Shown here: positions 59,954 to 64,000 of the stretch, in pieces
Position numbering within the stretch: position 1 is the stretch's first letter
Layout: each line of letters opens with the position of its first letter
DNA from: Salpingoeca rosetta
Lineage: Eukaryota > Protista > Choanoflagellata
Direction of reading: 5' to 3'
Length of the DNA: 64,000 nt
Assembly (NCBI GenBank): GCA_033442325.1
Contig: JAWQFM010000023.1
Coordinates: 1 to 64,000, forward strand
Translations under genes and position numbers: made by a program
The notes under the pieces: model-generated
Told to the model about the DNA's origin: nothing
Seen by the model: the letters and a program-made list of their open reading frames with translations, nothing else
Database searches by the model: none

Positions 59954-61819
59954 TCAAAAGCAACCGAGTTCACGCCAGACAACATCCACAACAGACTGTG
60001 GTAAACAGCGCACAAAGGAAGAAGCATCCATCTCTCCCTTGTGAAACGCCACGCACTGCTTCACGCAACCACCAAGCACAGCCTCAGCGCTGTCTCCTCC
60101 ATGCAGCTCTTCCAGGCACTCGAGCACACGCAGGGACACATTGCATGATGTCTGCGCAACGCACACGGAGTCGCTCATCACTTCATCAAAGCCAGCCCCC
60201 AACAACGCCTTCACATATGCAACACAGCCTGCACGCCCATCCTCAAAGTCGAACGTGCGCTCTTCTGCATCGCTGTCGCTGCTGTCGTGTGCAAGCAGCT
60301 GCACAGCTTGCGTGTCCTGTTGACCCGCCAAGGCGTGCACGATGCTGGCGCTGAGTAGACGTGCGCCAAGGTAGGCGCGGCCTCGCTGCAGGTTGCGCAC
60401 GGCCTGCTCCTCCAACTGCTGCTGTTGCTCTGGCGTGCGGCAGCCGTCAAAGTGCGGGAAAATGAGTGCTGGGTTGTGTTGCAGGAAGCCGAAGAAGCCC
60501 CAGTTGCCCGCCAACGCCGCCATCCAGTCCTGGACGGCGATCGCCTTGGTGTCCCGCAGGGCGGGATTGAGCTCAGGCAGCAGCTTCCACGTGTTGGCCA
60601 GGAACCCGCGCGTGTCTGCATACGCGAAGTTCCCCACGTCGCGGGCGGCCATTTGACACGCGCTGTGCATCATGCGGCGCGCTGCCAAGGCAGCATGCGC
60701 AGGGGCAAGGAGCAGGTCCTCTGTTGCCACGGCCACGCACCGGGTGTACAGCATGTCAACACTGTGCTGAGTGCGGAAGGGAATGGTCGCCTCAATGCAC
60801 ACGCACAGATGCAGCAGCTGCATCTCGTCCAGGAAAGGCGCAAGCATGTCCACAGCAACGACGCAGCTCAGGAACTCGTTGAGCCCCTGCGCGCCAATCT
60901 CGAACGGCAGTGTCTCGCCAGGCACGTGCCCGAACACCTTGTAGCAGATACGATGTGCTGCCGTGCGGCGTCGTGCAGATACTGCTGCAACGTCAGCGCT
61001 GCTGTCGTCCTGGCTCCACCAAGACTGTGTTGTTTGCAGGGCGCTGCTCATTGTGTTCTTCGATGCGAGCGTGGCCGCATCCTGGTTGTCGATTGTTGTG
61101 GTTGTGGTTGTGGTTGCGGTTGCGTCAGAGTCTGAGCTGTCCACACTCGCTGCCCTGCTCAAGCCTCTGGTTGAGGGTGCACTTGGTTGAATTGGGGGAA
61201 GCGTTACGTCGGTTGTGTGCTCGCCTTGGAAAGAAGTGTCACTGATGGCCCCGCCTGCCATGAGGGCGAGATCGGCGGGGTTGCTCAGGGCAAATGCACG
61301 CTGCAGCGTACCAGCAGGCGAGCTCGCGAGCAGCTGTGGAGATGACACAATGACCTGCACACTGGAGGTGTCGCTGCCCCGCTCCTGCGCTGCTATTGTT
61401 GTTGTTGTTGTGTGTCGTCGTCTTGTTGTGTGTTTTGTTGTGGTGGTTGTTGTGGTTGTGCGTTGCTCACTGGTGATGAAAGAGAGGTTGTGGGCGTGGG
61501 GCACGGGCAGGAGGCGTGCACGCTGGAAGATGGGCAGGAAGAAGGGCGCAATGCCGCCGTCCAGCTGCAGATAGACGACGTCGTGGAAGATGGCGGCAAG
61601 GTAAGCCACGGGGTCTTGTGTGATGTCCTTGGGTGCGACGTCGAAGACATGTGCAACGGCATGGTACACGCGGTGTGGCCCCATCATTGCAGTCACCACG
61701 AGGTGGGCCATGTTGTCGATGGCGTTCGAGGGCACACGAACAAGGTCAAGCGCATCAAAGGCGCACTTGAGGCCCGCGATGAGGCGCTGGCGCTGTTGTT
61801 CTTGGTCTGGGGTCGCCAT
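59954..61819 (-). CDS. Intronless 621-aa HD-superfamily-like protein with a Thr/Ser-rich insertion
   Basis: Uninterrupted ATG-TGA ORF. HD-type motifs RVYHAVAHVF and AAIFHDVVY; downstream NEFLSCVVA, IEATIPFR, RDVGNFA, FLANTWKLLPE. Confidence 0.8.
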   Translation of the reverse strand: MATPDQEQQRQRLIAGLKCAFDALDLVRVPSNAIDNMAHLVVTAMMGPHRVYHAVAHVFDVAPKDITQDPVAYLAAIFHDVVYLQLDGGIAPFFLPIFQRARLLPVPHAHNLSFITSEQRTTTTTTTTKHTTRRRHTTTTTIAAQERGSDTSSVQVIVSSPQLLASSPAGTLQRAFALSNPADLALMAGGAISDTSFQGEHTTDVTLPPIQPSAPSTRGLSRAASVDSSDSDATATTTTTTTIDNQDAATLASKNTMSSALQTTQSWWSQDDSSADVAAVSARRRTAAHRICYKVFGHVPGETLPFEIGAQGLNEFLSCVVAVDMLAPFLDEMQLLHLCVCIEATIPFRTQHSVDMLYTRCVAVATEDLLLAPAHAALAARRMMHSACQMAARDVGNFAYADTRGFLANTWKLLPELNPALRDTKAIAVQDWMAALAGNWGFFGFLQHNPALIFPHFDGCRTPEQQQQLEEQAVRNLQRGRAYLGARLLSASIVHALAGQQDTQAVQLLAHDSSDSDAEERTFDFEDGRAGCVAYVKALLGAGFDEVMSDSVCVAQTSCNVSLRVLECLEELHGGDSAEAVLGGCVKQCVAFHKGEMDASSFVRCLPQSVVDVVWRELGCF

Positions 61820-62460
61820 ATCTTAGGGTGGGTAAGCACACTCGCAACAATCGTGCACGGTGCCGGTTGGATGTACAGAGGTGAGATGGAAAAATGATTG
61901 TCGCAACGAGGGACGCGCTCAGTCGTCGCCATCGTCGTCATTCGCCAGCTTCGCTCTATTGCTGTCGCCATCTCGGAACTCCTCTGCCCACTACGACTTT
62001 GCTGCTGCGTAAGTCACCAACCCGGTGCTGTGACATGGGTTCTGTGTGCAAAAAAGAAAAGCCCACAGAGCCCGACTTGCTCCACTTATGCATCACAGGG
62101 ACATGAATGCCAAGCATCGAATTCAGTGGAAGTCGCCACTAATGCGACAGTGATGGCAGATCGGGCACACGGGCCGTTACGCCTTCGCATCAGTGCGCAC
62201 TGGCGACTTGTCACAAGGATGACGCCACACAGCATGCGAATCTTGACTTTAGGTTAGACTGAGCTGTGTTGTCAGTCTGCTCTTCATGAGCTCGCTATCA
62301 TCTTCAAAATCAAAGTCACAGTTATCATTACGACGCGTTTGTGCTCTTGCCAGTGGCTTCTATTCACTTTGCACGGACCGAGTCTCGGCACAGTGTAATG
62401 TGATGTCGGGAGCCGGAGACGACGGGGGCCTTAGCGTTGACATTGCGACGTTGTTACACA

Positions 62461-62575
62461 TTATGCAGGCGTCGGTGGCACGTGCGCAAGGAACCACTTG
62501 AGCAGGCGGAGGTCGCGGTCTCGCTGGTACACGGGGTTCTCAAACCCGTGACCCTCTCCAGGATAGATGATGCAG

Positions 62576-62673
<98 letters not shown>

Positions 62674-63356
62674 GGGAAGGTGAGGGTTGTCGGCGTATGA
62701 GAAGCAGAGCAAACGCGCGAGTGAGTGAGTCAGTGAAAGGGGGAAAAGTGCAAGCGCAGTTGGTGGTGGGAGCACATGTGGCTGACGTGTAGACCCAGGC
62801 CTCAGCCCCACCTGTTGGAATGCCACGCGTGTGGAGGGCGCGGTAAGCGACGAGAGACGACGACTTGAGGCAGATGTCATCCTCATCTCCATGCAACAGC
62901 AGCTGACACACAACAGCACATGCATGCACACATAACATGGTGAGATTTTGGTTGGTAGGAGGAGTGGCTGCGTGTGTGTTTGCGTGCGCGTGTGTCTACG
63001 TGTCTATGCGCCTGCGTGTAAGGGCATCTGCACGTGTGTCTGTGTATCTGCGTGTGTGTGTGGTTGTTACTATCAGCTGAACACAATGTTCACATACACG
63101 AAAACACATCGAGGTTGATTGAGGCATCTCGCACGTGAGCAGGCTGTACCGTTGGCGCGGTGATGTTTCCGAGTTGGTGGAACACGTCGCTGTCCTGTAA
63201 CGTGACCGCGTCAAACGAAGCGCAAGCTGATGAGGGGGCACGCGCATGCACACCAAGCATCCACACACACACTCACACACACACACACGCACTCACTTAC
63301 GTGGAGCATTCCTACATGCACGCATGCACACACACACACGCACACACACACACACA

Positions 63357-63388
<32 letters not shown>

Positions 63389-63605
63389 CATCCGCACAAC
63401 AAGCCTTGCCACTCACGATGGTTGCGTCTGTGATTGGCCACGCCTGCTTGCCAACATACTCGTCCTCCCACGTGACCTCCCACGTGAAGTCGCCCCCCTC
63501 AAGCGACATGAACCGCCCATGCACAAACCCGTACATGGCAACGCCAGCCTGCATTGGGAGAGGTGGTGGCGTGTGAGGTAGGGTGGGTGCTGATGCGTAT
63601 TTGTT

Positions 63606-63643
<38 letters not shown>

Positions 63644-64000
63644 TTTGTTTGTGTGTTTGTGTGTTTGTGTGTTTGTGTGTTTGATTGTTTGTTTGTTTGT
63701 TTGTGTGTGTGTGTTTGTGTGTCGAATCAAAGAACGTCCGCCAGGATCAACCTTGAAGGTGTCTGTGATGGCGAGGGAGCGCAGCGTCATGTACCCGCCT
63801 GATGGCCGCCGGTCACATGCGCGTAAACAAGTATATATGTGAGGCATAGAGAGCGCACTCGTGTAGGCTTGTGTGGTAGAAAAAGGACGAGCGACACACA
63901 CACACACACGCACACGCACACGCACACGCACACACACACACTCGCAAAGCTCTGTTTGCTGCACTGCTGACCGTAGGAGCCGCCGAAAATGCCAATGCGA
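62461..64000 (-). CDS. Prolyl oligopeptidase family S9 peptidase (acylaminoacyl/dipeptidyl peptidase-like), 3' portion
   Basis: Spliced [13 protein letters not shown] (catalytic Ser), [11 protein letters not shown] (Asp) and [10 protein letters not shown] (His). Stop TAA at 62461-62463. The 5' part lies beyond the window. Confidence 0.93.

Overview
Eukaryotic genomic DNA, intron-rich and saturated with (CA/TG)n microsatellites. TTAGGG telomere repeats, an SH2-bearing myosin and a single-core PRMT7 point to a choanoflagellate, probably Salpingoeca rosetta or a relative (inference, no search run). Positions 1-6220 hold minus-strand rDNA: a 28S contig, an N gap, a (CCCTAA)n tract fused directly into 28S at about nt 241, then ITS2, 5.8S, ITS1 and 18S. 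Next come the ETS/IGS with subrepeats, about 10 kb of gene-free low-complexity DNA and a 5S rRNA gene on the opposite strand. From 20.5 kb the window is gene-dense: C/EBP-like bZIP, bystin, myosin with two SH2 domains, a membrane-anchored alpha/beta-hydrolase-like protein, RNF10, UMP-CMP kinase, PRMT7, STE24 (cut by a gap), a 76-aa five-exon orphan, an ORP5/8-like protein, an intronless HD-domain protein and the 3' end of an S9 peptidase. Top observations: a telomere-capped truncated rDNA unit; strand-aware polarity of (AC)n before and (GT)n after exons; an ORP5/8 homologue lacking all lipid-binding signatures; a probable horizontally acquired HD gene; and a divergent, partly bacterial-like 18S h35-37. 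Gene models were spliced by eye. Most ORF-track entries are microsatellite noise.
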